DNA of 64,000 bases, taken from Longimicrobiales bacterium. GTDB lineage: Bacteria; Gemmatimonadota; Gemmatimonadetes; Longimicrobiales; Gaopeijiaceae. This document shows, piece by piece, positions 39,837-50,529 of this stretch. The notes below the pieces were generated by a model. That model did no database searches. It saw only the letters and a list, made by a program, of their open reading frames with translations, and was not told where the DNA came from. How positions within the stretch are numbered: position 1 is the stretch's first letter; each line of letters opens with the position of its first letter. Location of the stretch: contig CBDFMQ010000002.1 in the NCBI GenBank assembly GCA_965249725.1, positions 64,001 to 128,000 on the forward strand, in the 5' to 3' direction. A program made the translations under genes and the position numbers.

Positions 39837-39964
39837 GATGTAAAGCGTTGAGCTGCATGGTGTTACTGGAGACTCCGTCGGTCAGTCGGCCGAGGGGTCT
39901 CTATGTCTGTCTGGCACGAGCGCGGGCAGCTTGCCCTGCACTTACCTACAGGGCATGGTGCGGC

Positions 39965-40072
39965 ATGGACGGCTCACTCGGTGGACTTGGCATGTGGGAG
40001 ATGCTCCTGATCCATGCCGTGGTCCTCCTCCTTCTTGGCGCGAAGCGACAACCCCCACCACGTAGCCCCTAG
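39965..40072 (+). pseudogene. TatA-like N-terminal fragment
   Basis: GGLGMWEMLLIHAVVLLLLGAKR resembles the TatA TM helix and hinge; the amphipathic helix is missing. Confidence 0.6.
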
Positions 40073-40074
40073 GC

Positions 40075-42573
40075 ATGCCGATACGAGGCCCCCGCCGTCG
40101 CCTCCCGAGCCTGGGCACATCTTGGCTCGACGTGAAGCTCGGCCTACGCATGCTGCTCAAGCAGCCCGGCCTCACGTTGGTGACGATCTTCGCGCTTTCG
40201 ATCGGGATTCCGGCCAGCCTGATCCCGTACCACGTCGTCGACGCCCTTCAAGCGCCGCTGCCTTTCGACGACGGCGATCGTGTTCTTGGGATCCGCAACC
40301 GGAACGTGGCGGAGGGGCGCACGCAGGTTCGATCTCTTCACGACTTTTTCATGTGGCGAGATGAGCTGACGACGTTCGAGGCCATCGCTGCTGCCCGCTC
40401 CGATCCGTACAACGTGATCTCGGAAGACGGTCGGGCAGCGCCCATCCGTGGATCCGAGATCACGGCTTCGGCCTTCGAGATACTCCGGGTGCGTCCTCTT
40501 ATGGGTCGCACGCTGCTCCAGTCGGACGAGATTCCTGGGGCGGCGGATGTGGTCGTGATCGGATACGACGTGTGGCAGACCCGGTTGGCCGGAGACCCAG
40601 AAGCGGTCGGGACCACGATTCGCATCGGCCCGGTGCCGCACGAGGTCATCGGAGTCATGCCACATGGCTTCATGTTTCCGGTGAGTGATCTTCTCTGGCT
40701 AGCACTTCGCGATCAGCCTACCGACTACGAGCGCGGGATGGGGCCCGATCTACTGATATTCGGGCGGTTGGCCGATGGTGTCTCGAAGGAGGAGGCCCAG
40801 GCAGAGTTGTCGACGATCGGCGCTCGCATGGCGAACGAGTTCCCGGATACGCATGAACGCCTCCGCCCACAGGCCATGGACTACACCTCGATGGTGCTCG
40901 GCATCGATCCAGACGACATGCAGGAGGTGTACTTCATTCAGCTCATCGCCCTGGCGCTGCTGGGCATCGTCTGTGGCAATGTGGGGACGCTGATTCTGGC
41001 ACGCACCGCGACCCGAACCACAGAGATCACCGTACGCACGGCGTTGGGCGCGAGTCGTGGCCGGATCGTCTCTCAACTGTTTGTCGAGTCACTGATTCTG
41101 GCGGTCTTGTCGGCCGGGCTGGGGCTGGCCCTGGGCCATCGATTCGCGATGGAATTCAGCCGCCGGGTGTTCCAGGAAGCTCCCTTCTGGATGGACTTCG
41201 GCGTGGCCCCCAAGACGGTCGCGATCGCGATGGGCCTGGCCATTTTCTGTGCGGTGATCGCAGGCGTATTCCCGGCCCTCAAGGCCGCGGGCCGCCGTGT
41301 ACAGCGCAACCTCCAACAGGCCACGACCGGGTCGGGCATCCGCTTCGGCAAGGGAGCCACGCTGCTGATTATCTGCGAGGTTGCGCTTGCTATGGGCTTC
41401 CTCACCATGGGCGCCTCGATGTCTCGCAGTCTCTTGGCGGGCGCGTCCGTCCAGATGGAGATAGAGCCGGACGAGTACATGATGGCGATGCTCCGAATCC
41501 CCTGGACCGATCATAGCGCTCTCGAGAATGATATCTCAGTCGCTGATTTTCGAACGCAAGTAATTGCGACCCATGAGGCCTTGGCGTCGCGGCTCGGCGC
41601 CGAGCCGGGCGTGCGGGGAGCGGCGATGGCGAGCAACCTTCCGGCGATGCAACACGGCGGGCGGCGTCTGGAGGTTGAGGGAGACGATCAGGGTGAGGAC
41701 TTCCAGGGTCATCTGGTGATGCGCGCTCGCGTCGACGTCGGGTTTTTCGACGGCCTCGGCGTGAGCGTCCTGGACGGGCGCGGCTTCACCACTGCAGACC
41801 TTGCTGGAACCATTGAGGAGGACCGGACGGCAGTCATCGTGAACACTGCCTTCGTGGAGTACGTCCTCGGAGGGCGGAATCCTATCGGGCGGCGCGTACG
41901 ATACATCCCCCCCGAGGATCAAGAGCCCGGGCCGTGGTATGAGATCATCGGCGTGGTGGGGCACTTGGGAATGAACGAGATGAACCCCGAGCGCGATGAG
42001 GGGCTGTATCACCCGGCTGCGCCGGGTGAGATGCACCCCATTTGGGTAGCGGTCCATGTCGGAGAGGACCCCCTGTCGTTTACCCCCCGCTTCCGGCAGA
42101 TCACCGGTGAGGTCGACGCTGAGGCGATGATCCAGTATCCCGCCGCGATGGTCGACGCACCCAACGGTGCCCGGCAAGCGACCCAGTACGGAACGATTCT
42201 CCTCGTCTTCCTCTCCACGATCGCCATCGTGCTTTCGGGCGCGGGGCTCTATGCGCTCATGTCATTCACAGTGTCGCAGCGGACCCGAGAGATCGGAATT
42301 CGGTCTGCTCTAGGAGCCCGGCCCGGCAGCATTGTAATAGCGATCGCCCGGCGAGCGTTTTTGCAGCTCGTCGCTGGGGTCATCGCTGGGGTGGGGCTGG
42401 CTCTCTGGCTGATCCAACAGACGGCGGGCGGAACTACGTCCCGAGGCACGAACTGGACTGCGACGCTCGCCGCCTTTGCAGGCTTCATGCTTTTGGTCGG
42501 CATGGTCGCCTGCCTCGCGCCGACGCTGAGGGGCCTGAGGATCCGGCCGGTGGAAGCGCTAAAAGACGGATAG
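40075..42573 (+). CDS. ADOP-type duplicated MacB/FtsX ABC permease
   Basis: SWLDVKLGLRML, CGNVGTLILAR..EITVRTALGASRGRIVSQL, VSQRTREIGIRSALGA, RPVEALK. Confidence 0.92.
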   Translation: MPIRGPRRRLPSLGTSWLDVKLGLRMLLKQPGLTLVTIFALSIGIPASLIPYHVVDALQAPLPFDDGDRVLGIRNRNVAEGRTQVRSLHDFFMWRDELTTFEAIAAARSDPYNVISEDGRAAPIRGSEITASAFEILRVRPLMGRTLLQSDEIPGAADVVVIGYDVWQTRLAGDPEAVGTTIRIGPVPHEVIGVMPHGFMFPVSDLLWLALRDQPTDYERGMGPDLLIFGRLADGVSKEEAQAELSTIGARMANEFPDTHERLRPQAMDYTSMVLGIDPDDMQEVYFIQLIALALLGIVCGNVGTLILARTATRTTEITVRTALGASRGRIVSQLFVESLILAVLSAGLGLALGHRFAMEFSRRVFQEAPFWMDFGVAPKTVAIAMGLAIFCAVIAGVFPALKAAGRRVQRNLQQATTGSGIRFGKGATLLIICEVALAMGFLTMGASMSRSLLAGASVQMEIEPDEYMMAMLRIPWTDHSALENDISVADFRTQVIATHEALASRLGAEPGVRGAAMASNLPAMQHGGRRLEVEGDDQGEDFQGHLVMRARVDVGFFDGLGVSVLDGRGFTTADLAGTIEEDRTAVIVNTAFVEYVLGGRNPIGRRVRYIPPEDQEPGPWYEIIGVVGHLGMNEMNPERDEGLYHPAAPGEMHPIWVAVHVGEDPLSFTPRFRQITGEVDAEAMIQYPAAMVDAPNGARQATQYGTILLVFLSTIAIVLSGAGLYALMSFTVSQRTREIGIRSALGARPGSIVIAIARRAFLQLVAGVIAGVGLALWLIQQTAGGTTSRGTNWTATLAAFAGFMLLVGMVACLAPTLRGLRIRPVEALKDG

Positions 42574-42589
42574 GGCGATCAACAACCTG

Positions 42590-42780
42590 ATGTGCCGCCA
42601 CTCTCGCTCGATTGTCCTGGTCGCTGTTGTCTCGTTTCCCCTGCTCAGTCGCAGTGTACTACCTCCCGCCGCGCCGGAGTCCCCTAGGAACGGCAGGATC
42701 ACTGAGGCTGAATTGGCACAACGTCCCGCAAGTTCCGCTCTCCACGCGATCCTCTTCCTTCGTCCTGGCCGCACACGCGA
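42590..42780 (+). pseudogene. degenerate standalone plug-like lipoprotein fragment
   Basis: RITEAELAQRPASSALHAILFLRPG resembles the start of the domain in 2629-3369 and 38897-39283, then diverges. Confidence 0.4.
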
Positions 42781-42995
42781 GGGCGGGAGGTGGCCTGACG
42801 TGTGGCTGTTACAGGCATGACTGATGAGTTGAGGTCTCTGTTTTGCTCTCTTGCCGCCCGATCACCCACCACCTTACCATCCCCACCCCAGAGGGCGGTT
42901 GAGTGCCCCGTCCGTCAGAACAGGAGGCGTTCCGTGGACGCCTGTAGGTTGTCTGCACCGGTCGGAAGAGGGCAATGGGCTCGATGCGTGGGCAA

Positions 42996-44429
42996 ATGAC
43001 CGACAAGATCGCGGAGCTTTGCCGGCGGCGAGGCGTGGTAGTGCCCACCATCGCTCAGATGAAGGACCCGGCAAAGATCCCAGAATCGATCCGCGACGAG
43101 TTGGCGGAGGTCGGCCTTTGGGATGTCCATCCAGCCAACCTCTTTCGCGTGTCGTGGAAGAACGAGCCGGTCGCACAAGGCGGTGGATTCAATCAGGGCA
43201 ACTGGATCGAGTTCCCTCCGGAGTTGACCCAGGTCCCGGCACGGATCGTCGGCCTGAGCGGGAAGTGGTTCCCGACCGGATGTCACAAAGTTGGTGCCGC
43301 GTTCGGTTGCCTCGTTCCGCGTCTGGTCTCGGGCGAGGTCGATCCGGCCACGCAGAAGTTCGTGTGGCCCAGCACCGGGAACTTCTGTCGTGGCGGCGCG
43401 TTCGTCAGCGCACTGCTGGGCTGCGAAGCCGTTGCGATCCTGCCGGAAGAAATGTCGAGGGAGCGCTTCGAGTGGTTGGGCTCGATCGGCGCCGAGATCA
43501 TCGCAACGCCCGGATCGGAATCGAACGTCAAGGAGATCTACGACAAGTGCTGGGAGATCAGAGAATCGCGACCCGACCATGTGATCCTGAATCAGTTCGA
43601 GGAGATGGGGAATGCCGTTTGGCACTATCACGTCACGGGCGGCTTGGTCGAAGAGGTCTTCGAACGGATCGGAGGTAAGGGGCACAGGCTCGCCGCCTAC
43701 GTCTCCGCCACGGGCAGCGCAGGAACGATTGCAGCGGGCGATTATCTACGAACGGTTAGCCCGGACCTCAAGGTCGCCGCGGTCGAGGCACTGCAGTGCC
43801 CCACGCTCCTCCGATGTGGCTTCGGCGAGCATCGCATCGAAGGAATCGGCGACAAGCACGTGCCCTGGATTCACAACGTACGGAACACCGACGTCGTGGT
43901 GGCGATCGACGACGAGCATTGCGTGAGGTTGATGCGCTTGTTCAACGAGGGGGCGGGCCGAGACCTCCTGGCGGGTCAGGGCGTCCCGCAGGAGACCATC
44001 GGGAGACTCGACGAGCTTGGCATCTCGTCGATCTGCAACCTTGTGGCTTCGATCAAAGTCGCGCGCCACTTCGAGATGGGGCCCGAGGATGTCCTCTTCA
44101 CGCCCCTGACCGACTCCATGGAATTGTACGCGTCGCGTCTTGAAGAACAGCACGCGCTCCACGGTGAATACACGGAGCGCGACGCTGTGGGCGACTATGC
44201 GCGGTTCCTCGCAGGGATAGCGATCGACAACATGCGCGAGCTGAGCTACTACGACCGAAAAGCTTTGCACAACCTCAAGTACTTCACCTGGGTCGAGCAA
44301 CAGGGGCGAACGGCCGATGAGCTGCGGCGTCTCTGGCAACCCGAGTTTTGGACCGATGCCTTCGATCAGGCTGCCGAATGGGACCGTCGGATCGACGAGC
44401 TGAACGAACGCGTCGGGATCCTGCCATGA
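42996..44429 (+). CDS. PLP-dependent enzyme, cysteine synthase / fold type II family
   Basis: FPTGCHKVGA (PLP Lys), PSTGNF, ATGSAGT, IEGIGDKH. Confidence 0.88.
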   Translation: MTDKIAELCRRRGVVVPTIAQMKDPAKIPESIRDELAEVGLWDVHPANLFRVSWKNEPVAQGGGFNQGNWIEFPPELTQVPARIVGLSGKWFPTGCHKVGAAFGCLVPRLVSGEVDPATQKFVWPSTGNFCRGGAFVSALLGCEAVAILPEEMSRERFEWLGSIGAEIIATPGSESNVKEIYDKCWEIRESRPDHVILNQFEEMGNAVWHYHVTGGLVEEVFERIGGKGHRLAAYVSATGSAGTIAAGDYLRTVSPDLKVAAVEALQCPTLLRCGFGEHRIEGIGDKHVPWIHNVRNTDVVVAIDDEHCVRLMRLFNEGAGRDLLAGQGVPQETIGRLDELGISSICNLVASIKVARHFEMGPEDVLFTPLTDSMELYASRLEEQHALHGEYTERDAVGDYARFLAGIAIDNMRELSYYDRKALHNLKYFTWVEQQGRTADELRRLWQPEFWTDAFDQAAEWDRRIDELNERVGILP

Positions 44430-44512
44430 GCAAGGGATACGCCTCGCATACGCCCAGGGCTGCTCGCGACGCATACGGCTGCGCGAGCCGCATTCCCGAT
44501 TGGAGGCCCACC

Positions 44513-46462
44513 ATGAAGCGTCGTATCGTGCTCGTCATCGGTCTAGTCATGGCCGTCACGAACTGCCAGAGGGAGCCGGAATACGACGTTGTCCTGCGGG
44601 GCGGCACGGTGTTCGACGGAAGCGGCGAGCCCGGTGTCATCGCCGATGTCGCCATCGATGGCGAGCGCATCGTGGGCGTGGGCGACGTGGACGGCGAGGG
44701 CGAGCTCGAGATCGATGCGACCGGTCTGTACGTGGCCCCGGGCTTCACCGACATGCACAGCCATTCGGACCGGACCCGGCTCTTGAACGGAGGCCACGGA
44801 CCGTCGTTCGCCCTTCAGGGCATCACGACCGAGGTGTATGGCGAGACGACCTCAATGGGGCCCCGCGGTGGCAAGATGGAGGGCCAGCTTCCGGAGCCGC
44901 TCCGGGGGAAGTGGACCAGCTTCGGCGAGTTTCTGGACTATGCGGAATCACAGGGGCTCGGCGTCAACATCGCCTCCCACGTCGGCTCCGGTGGCATCCG
45001 CGCGTATGTGATGGGCTACGAGGATCGGGAGCCGACCGAGGAGGAGCTCGCTCAGATGAAGCGCCTCGTGCGCGAAGCGGTACAAGAAGGGGCGGTGGGC
45101 GTCAGCGCCGGGATGAGCTACGTCCCCAACATCTATATGAGTACGGAGGAGCTCGCGGCACTGGTGAAAGAAGCCGCGGACCTCGGCGTGGGCCTCTACT
45201 CCAACCATGCGCGCACCATGAACGGGACCGACCCTGGTGCCATCACCGAGGCGGTCGAGATCGGAAAGATGGCGGGCGCTGCTATCCACTTCTTTCATCT
45301 GAACTCTCTGGCTTCCACCCGGGCGGACGAGTTTTTGAGCCTCATCGAGCAAGCGCGTACGGAGGGCATGCAGGTCACGGGGGATTCCTACACGTATACC
45401 TGGGGCATCACCGGCCTGGCTGACTACATTCCTGCCTGGGCGCAGGAAGGCGGACGCGAAGCGATGCTCGCAAGACTCAGAGACCCCGTGCAGCGCGAGA
45501 AGATCGCCGGAGATTTCGTGACCGAAGAACCCTACCTCGCCAACATAGGCTGGCACAGGGTCCGTCTGGGGGTCAACGATCCAGAAATCAACGGCAAGCT
45601 GGTGGAAGAGGTGTCCGAGATGCGCGAACAGCCGGCCGAAGAGGTCTTTATGGACGTCGTCCTGGAGCAACGGGGCGAAGGGATGGTCATCGACTGGAAT
45701 AACGAGGAGGAAACGCTTCGAGAGGTCATGCTCCAGCCTTACGTTGCTGGAGGCACGGACGGCGGCGCCATCGACCTCGATACCGAGTACCTCCCGCCCC
45801 TGGTGCACCCCCGTCACCTGGGTACGATTCCCCGATGGCTGGGCACCTACGTGCGTGACGAACAGATCATGAGCTGGGAAGAAGCGATCCGGAAACTGGC
45901 CGCATTGCCCGCGGAGATCCTGCAACTCGAGGAACGGGGCATGCTGCAGGACGGCTATTTCGCGGACGTCGTCGTCTTCGATCCGGCGACCATCAACGGG
46001 CTCGCCACCTTCGAAGACCCGTTCCACTACTCCGTGGGGATGCGACACGTTTTCGTGAATGGCCAAGCTGTGGTGACCGACGGAGAGACGACGGGAGCGC
46101 TACCAGGACGGGCCTTGCGCGGCGCGGGTTACCTGGCCAACAAGCCGCCGTTGACCGTGCCGTTGCCCGAGCTCGCGGAGAACCAGGAGATCCTGGTCCT
46201 GGAAGTTGACCTCGCTCCGGGACGGGCCTCGGCGCCCCACCGCCATAATGCCCATGTTGTTGTCTATGTGCTGGAGGGTCGGGTCAACATGCAGATTGCC
46301 GGGGGCGAGCTGGTGACCCTTTCGCCAGGGGAAACGTTCCATGAGAGCCCTGATGACATCCACATGGTGTCTCAGAACGCCAGTGATACCGAATCGGCGA
46401 AGATCCTGGTGCACATGATCAAGACGGTCGGAGTTCCGGTGAGCACTCCGGTTCCCAATTGA
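44513..46462 (+). CDS. N-acyl-D-amino-acid deacylase family amidohydrolase fused to a C-terminal cupin
   Basis: Lipoprotein-like leader, PGFTDMHSHSD, GITT, HPR, ADVVVFD, VFVNG..PGRALRG, then HRHNAHVVVYVLEG..PGETFHE..IH. Confidence 0.88.
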   Translation: MKRRIVLVIGLVMAVTNCQREPEYDVVLRGGTVFDGSGEPGVIADVAIDGERIVGVGDVDGEGELEIDATGLYVAPGFTDMHSHSDRTRLLNGGHGPSFALQGITTEVYGETTSMGPRGGKMEGQLPEPLRGKWTSFGEFLDYAESQGLGVNIASHVGSGGIRAYVMGYEDREPTEEELAQMKRLVREAVQEGAVGVSAGMSYVPNIYMSTEELAALVKEAADLGVGLYSNHARTMNGTDPGAITEAVEIGKMAGAAIHFFHLNSLASTRADEFLSLIEQARTEGMQVTGDSYTYTWGITGLADYIPAWAQEGGREAMLARLRDPVQREKIAGDFVTEEPYLANIGWHRVRLGVNDPEINGKLVEEVSEMREQPAEEVFMDVVLEQRGEGMVIDWNNEEETLREVMLQPYVAGGTDGGAIDLDTEYLPPLVHPRHLGTIPRWLGTYVRDEQIMSWEEAIRKLAALPAEILQLEERGMLQDGYFADVVVFDPATINGLATFEDPFHYSVGMRHVFVNGQAVVTDGETTGALPGRALRGAGYLANKPPLTVPLPELAENQEILVLEVDLAPGRASAPHRHNAHVVVYVLEGRVNMQIAGGELVTLSPGETFHESPDDIHMVSQNASDTESAKILVHMIKTVGVPVSTPVPN

Positions 46463-46600
46463 CCGCTTCGCGCTCCGGGGTCAGCAACGGTTGCCGTCAT
46501 CATCTTCTCCGTCTAACAAGCTTCTGGAGTCGGTCCTGTTTTGACGCGCGAAGCACGCGGGACACGGAGTGAGGGACGCTGAGTGAGGGACACGGAGTAG

Positions 46601-47745
46601 ATGAGCAGAGGGCGAGAGGGAGCACTGATCGTCAGCTGCCTGGCGATTCTCATCCTGGCAGGGTGTGGTCCGGGTGAGGCTACGGATCCGGTCAACGTTG
46701 TCGTGATCCTCATCGACGATATGGGCTGGGTGGACACTGCTGTGTACGGGAGCAGCTTCTACGAGACGCCCAATATCGATCGGCTGGCGGCTGAGGGAGC
46801 GCGCTTTACGCAGTTCTATACGGCCGGCTCCGTATGCTCGCCGACGCGGGCGAGCATCATGACGGGCAAGCACCCGGCTCGGCTCGATATCACAAATTGG
46901 ATCGGTGGTGAGCAGAACGGGCTCTTGGATCAGGCCGAGTACGTCCGCCAACTTGCCGAGGATGAGGTGACGATCGGTGAGGCGTTTCAGGCCGCGGGCT
47001 ACCAGACCGGCTATGTGGGGAAATGGCACCTCGGGGGACCCGGTTATCTTCCCGAGACCCAGGGCTTTCAGTTCAACTTCGCCGTGAATCACGCCGGATC
47101 GCCGGGATCCTACTTCCCGCCCTATTCCCGCCCTAACGCACCCCGTAATGACGTTCCGGATCTGGCTGGGGACGCGGATGACGCGTATTTGACGGACCGG
47201 CTCACGGACGCGTCGCTGGAGTTCATCGAGAGCAACCGGGACCGCCCGTTCCTCCTACCGCGAATACACCGCTGCGCGCAGGGAAGGGGTGGCTGTATGA
47301 AGGCGGTATTCGGGCACCGCTCATCGTGCGATGGCCCGCGACGATTTCCGCTGGCACGGTGGTCTCCGCCCCGGCCGTGAGCACCGATCTCTTCCCGACG
47401 CTCTTGGAGTTGGCCCGCCTCCCTGCCCAACCATCGAATCACATGGACGGCGCGAGCTTGGCCGGGTCGATGCTGGACGGCGCGGAGGAGGTCCATGAAG
47501 CTCTCTTCTGGCACTTCCCCCACTATCACGGTTCGGGCAATCGTCCCGGAGGCGCCGTGCGGATCGGGGACCTGAAGCTCGTGGAGTGGTTCGAAGACGG
47601 CGAGGTAGAGTTGTACGACCTGTCGACCGATCTGGGAGAACGCAGAGACCTTTCGTCAGAGCGTCCCGATGACACAGATCGACTCTTGAGCGAGCTGCGC
47701 GACTGGCGGGTCGATCTGGACGCCAACATGCCCACGAGGCGATGA
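46601..47745 (+). pseudogene. formylglycine-dependent sulfatase with internal deletion and frameshift at ~47256
   Basis: IDDMG, CSPTRAS, GKWHLG up to RPFLL, then another frame gives PTANTPLRAGKGWLYEGGIR..ELYDL. The VH and SDNG segments are absent. Confidence 0.85.
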
Positions 47746-49661
47746 CCGTGCCCTGGGTAACACGCCAAACTGCGCTCATCATGCTCGCGTTCGCCGTCGG
47801 TACGAATGCGGTGCACGCCCTGACCGTGCCGGTCGCGTGGCAGGTCGCAGCGAACCAGTCCGCCGATGATCAGTCTCGTCCTGGACCGGTCGCCCTCTTC
47901 GGCTTCGACAGAACGATTGAGTCGTCTACCGGCACCCCTGCTCGAACAGTCGAGCCAGGGACACGCTCCTTTGTAGACGGCCTCGACGGCGAGGCTCTGA
48001 GCCTCGGGCCGGAGAATGGTTCGACGTTCCTGACCCTCCCTAGGGATCTCGCGTCGTTTGACCCCGACAGTGACTTCTCAGTCCGATTCTGGCTTAGAAC
48101 GAACGCTGGAGCCGACCGGCGTTTCGTCGCCCTGTCGCAGAAGGAGTTCGACGACAACAGCCTGGCTTCTCAGAAGAACGCGGGGTGGGTCTTCTACGTG
48201 TCGCACGGGACCTGGGCGTGGAGCGTGGGCTCCGGCTTGCGCCGACTCACGTACGAGCGGGATAACGGAGAGCGGATGCCGCTGAACGATGGCCGATGGC
48301 ACCAGCTGGCTATGACCCACAGTGCCGAGCGCTCTGAAACCCGGCTGTTCTATGACGGAGTGAACTGGGTGTCGTACCACGTCACGGACTCGGGCGGCTT
48401 CGACTTCACGAGCCCGAACCCGACCACCATCGGATGGGACGCATCAGACGTCGCGCCTGTCCCCGATCTGCTCCCCGCCATCGAGTCCGGTGCCGAAGGA
48501 CTGCAGACGTTCGTCGACGCCTTCGATGCGCTTGGTCAGCGCCCGATCGAGTCCGATGAGTTTCTTCGTCTCATCGTCGATCCCAAGGCCTTGTTCGAAC
48601 AGAGGGCGGGTCACGAGGTCGACGAGGATGCGTGGGGTCCGGTTGCGGCCGCCGAGGCCGCGTTGATGGAAAACCCCTACACGATCCATCAGGCCCTGGA
48701 GTTCATGAAGGCGGCTCGGCTCACCAAGATCTACGCGCTCATCGACGGCGAGGTCGTGATCAGGAGGGACGTCGCCACGCGGTACGCCGAGCAGGAAAGG
48801 CTCTCACCCCCGGACTTCGACATTGACGACCTCGCGATCTGGGATCGTGAGTTGTCGCCTGACGAGGTCCGGGGATCCTACGGGGAGCACTTCCAGCCGA
48901 CGGACGCGGCCCTCGGAGGCAACGTCCGCACGCTTACCGCAGCCGCTTGGAACATCTGGCACGGCGGAAAGCACTTCACGCCGGAAGAGCACGGGTGGGA
49001 CTCCCGCGTACAAGTCGCCGACATGCTCGAAGACGAAGGCGTGGACGTGGTCATGATGCAGGAGACTTACTCGTCTGGGGACTTCATCGCGGCCGAGCTC
49101 GGGTACTACTTCGCGACCACGGTCGACTGGGACTACCTGAATCAGGGCGCGAACATCTCCGTCTTGAGCCGATACCCCATCCGGGAACTGCATGTCCAAG
49201 AGGACTCTCCATTCCAGAACGTCGGCACCAAGGTCGAACTCAGCGACACGCAGGACCTCTATGTGATGTCCAACTGGTACGGAATGAACCAGTTCCCCGA
49301 TGTCTTCGAATTCCACCAGTCGAGGTTCGCCGAGTCCGACGCGGTCCCGATTCTCTTTGGGGGCGACTTCAACGCGATACCCCACACCGACGGGGGTAAC
49401 AGCCCCGCCTCGATCGCGTTGTTGAACTCGGGGTTCACGGACGCATTCCGCAGTCTCCATCCCGACGTCGAGGCGCGTCCCGGGCCCACGCATCGAAGCG
49501 GGCGACGGATCGACCAGCTGTACTACAAGGGCGCGGGGCTGAACAACACGTCGACGCGAGTGATCTCGACACGTGATTGGGGCTTCCCGTCCGACCACTT
49601 CATGATTCTGTCGAGATTCGATCTCGATTACTCGACCCGAGTAGAAGGCGGACGGCCATGA
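47742..49661 (+). CDS. LamG-like domain + endonuclease/exonuclease/phosphatase domain protein
   Basis: FSVRFW..DGRWHQLAMT..IDDLAIWDRELS (LamG), then WNIWHG, DVVMMQE, GGDFN, RIDQLY, PSDH. Confidence 0.88.
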   Translation: MTVPWVTRQTALIMLAFAVGTNAVHALTVPVAWQVAANQSADDQSRPGPVALFGFDRTIESSTGTPARTVEPGTRSFVDGLDGEALSLGPENGSTFLTLPRDLASFDPDSDFSVRFWLRTNAGADRRFVALSQKEFDDNSLASQKNAGWVFYVSHGTWAWSVGSGLRRLTYERDNGERMPLNDGRWHQLAMTHSAERSETRLFYDGVNWVSYHVTDSGGFDFTSPNPTTIGWDASDVAPVPDLLPAIESGAEGLQTFVDAFDALGQRPIESDEFLRLIVDPKALFEQRAGHEVDEDAWGPVAAAEAALMENPYTIHQALEFMKAARLTKIYALIDGEVVIRRDVATRYAEQERLSPPDFDIDDLAIWDRELSPDEVRGSYGEHFQPTDAALGGNVRTLTAAAWNIWHGGKHFTPEEHGWDSRVQVADMLEDEGVDVVMMQETYSSGDFIAAELGYYFATTVDWDYLNQGANISVLSRYPIRELHVQEDSPFQNVGTKVELSDTQDLYVMSNWYGMNQFPDVFEFHQSRFAESDAVPILFGGDFNAIPHTDGGNSPASIALLNSGFTDAFRSLHPDVEARPGPTHRSGRRIDQLYYKGAGLNNTSTRVISTRDWGFPSDHFMILSRFDLDYSTRVEGGRP

Positions 49662-49799
49662 TGCGCCGAGCCAAGATGCGCCGAGCCGTGATGCTTGGAG
49701 TCGCCCACTCGGGCGGCAAGCCAAGAAGGGCGCGGAGAACCAACGTAGGTCTGTCTAGCCGATTTCCGAAAGCCGACGGCTGGCGCCTCTGACGGTATG

Positions 49800-50438
49800 C
49801 TACCCGCCGGATTCGTAGGTGGGGGACGGGTCGTGTGAGACCCTGAACAGCTTGAGCGCCGTCTGCATGATGGGACCCATCAGAAACGCGAACAGCACGG
49901 TTCCCAGGCCGATCGAGCCGCCGATCAGGAATGCCACCAGAAGGACGACCACCTCGATCCGGATCCGAGTCGCCCGGATACTCCAGTCCAGCCGGCGGGA
50001 GAGGCCAAGGACGAAACCGTCTCGCGGACCGGCGCCGAGTCGCGCTCCGATATAGACGGCCGATGCCAGGCCCATCATGAGCAGCCCGACCAGGAACTGC
50101 GAAGACCCCAGCACCCGCGTCGTGGCATGCGGGAACCAGGCCTGGACGCGAAGCACGTCGATCCATGGGCCCACGAGTGCCATGTTACAGACCGTGCCGA
50201 AGCCGGGCCGGACTCCGAGGGTAAGCCAACTGCACAGGATCAAGAGCGCTCCGATCCCCTGTGCCACGCGCCCGAACGACCATCCCAGCTGCGTGCTGAC
50301 TCCCTCGTGAAGGGCCGACCACGGATCGAGCCCGATCTGCGCCTCGAGCATGATCGCGACTGCGCAGCCGAACAGGAACAGCCCCACCTGTAGGCGAAGC
50401 ACGTACCGCACGAACGACCAAGACCGGAAGCGTTGCAT
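49800..50438 (-). CDS. YczE/YyaS/YitT family membrane protein
   Basis: GLDPWSALHEG, PGFGT, LGAGPRDG, IGLGT. Confidence 0.88.
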   Translation of the reverse strand: MQRFRSWSFVRYVLRLQVGLFLFGCAVAIMLEAQIGLDPWSALHEGVSTQLGWSFGRVAQGIGALLILCSWLTLGVRPGFGTVCNMALVGPWIDVLRVQAWFPHATTRVLGSSQFLVGLLMMGLASAVYIGARLGAGPRDGFVLGLSRRLDWSIRATRIRIEVVVLLVAFLIGGSIGLGTVLFAFLMGPIMQTALKLFRVSHDPSPTYESGG

Positions 50439-50529
50439 TCAGACGGAGCGAGAGGTTCTCGTGAAGACGGCGAACCCGGAAACTGCCATCTTCGACGGAG
50501 AAGTCCAGGGATTCGCTCGCACCTCGCGC

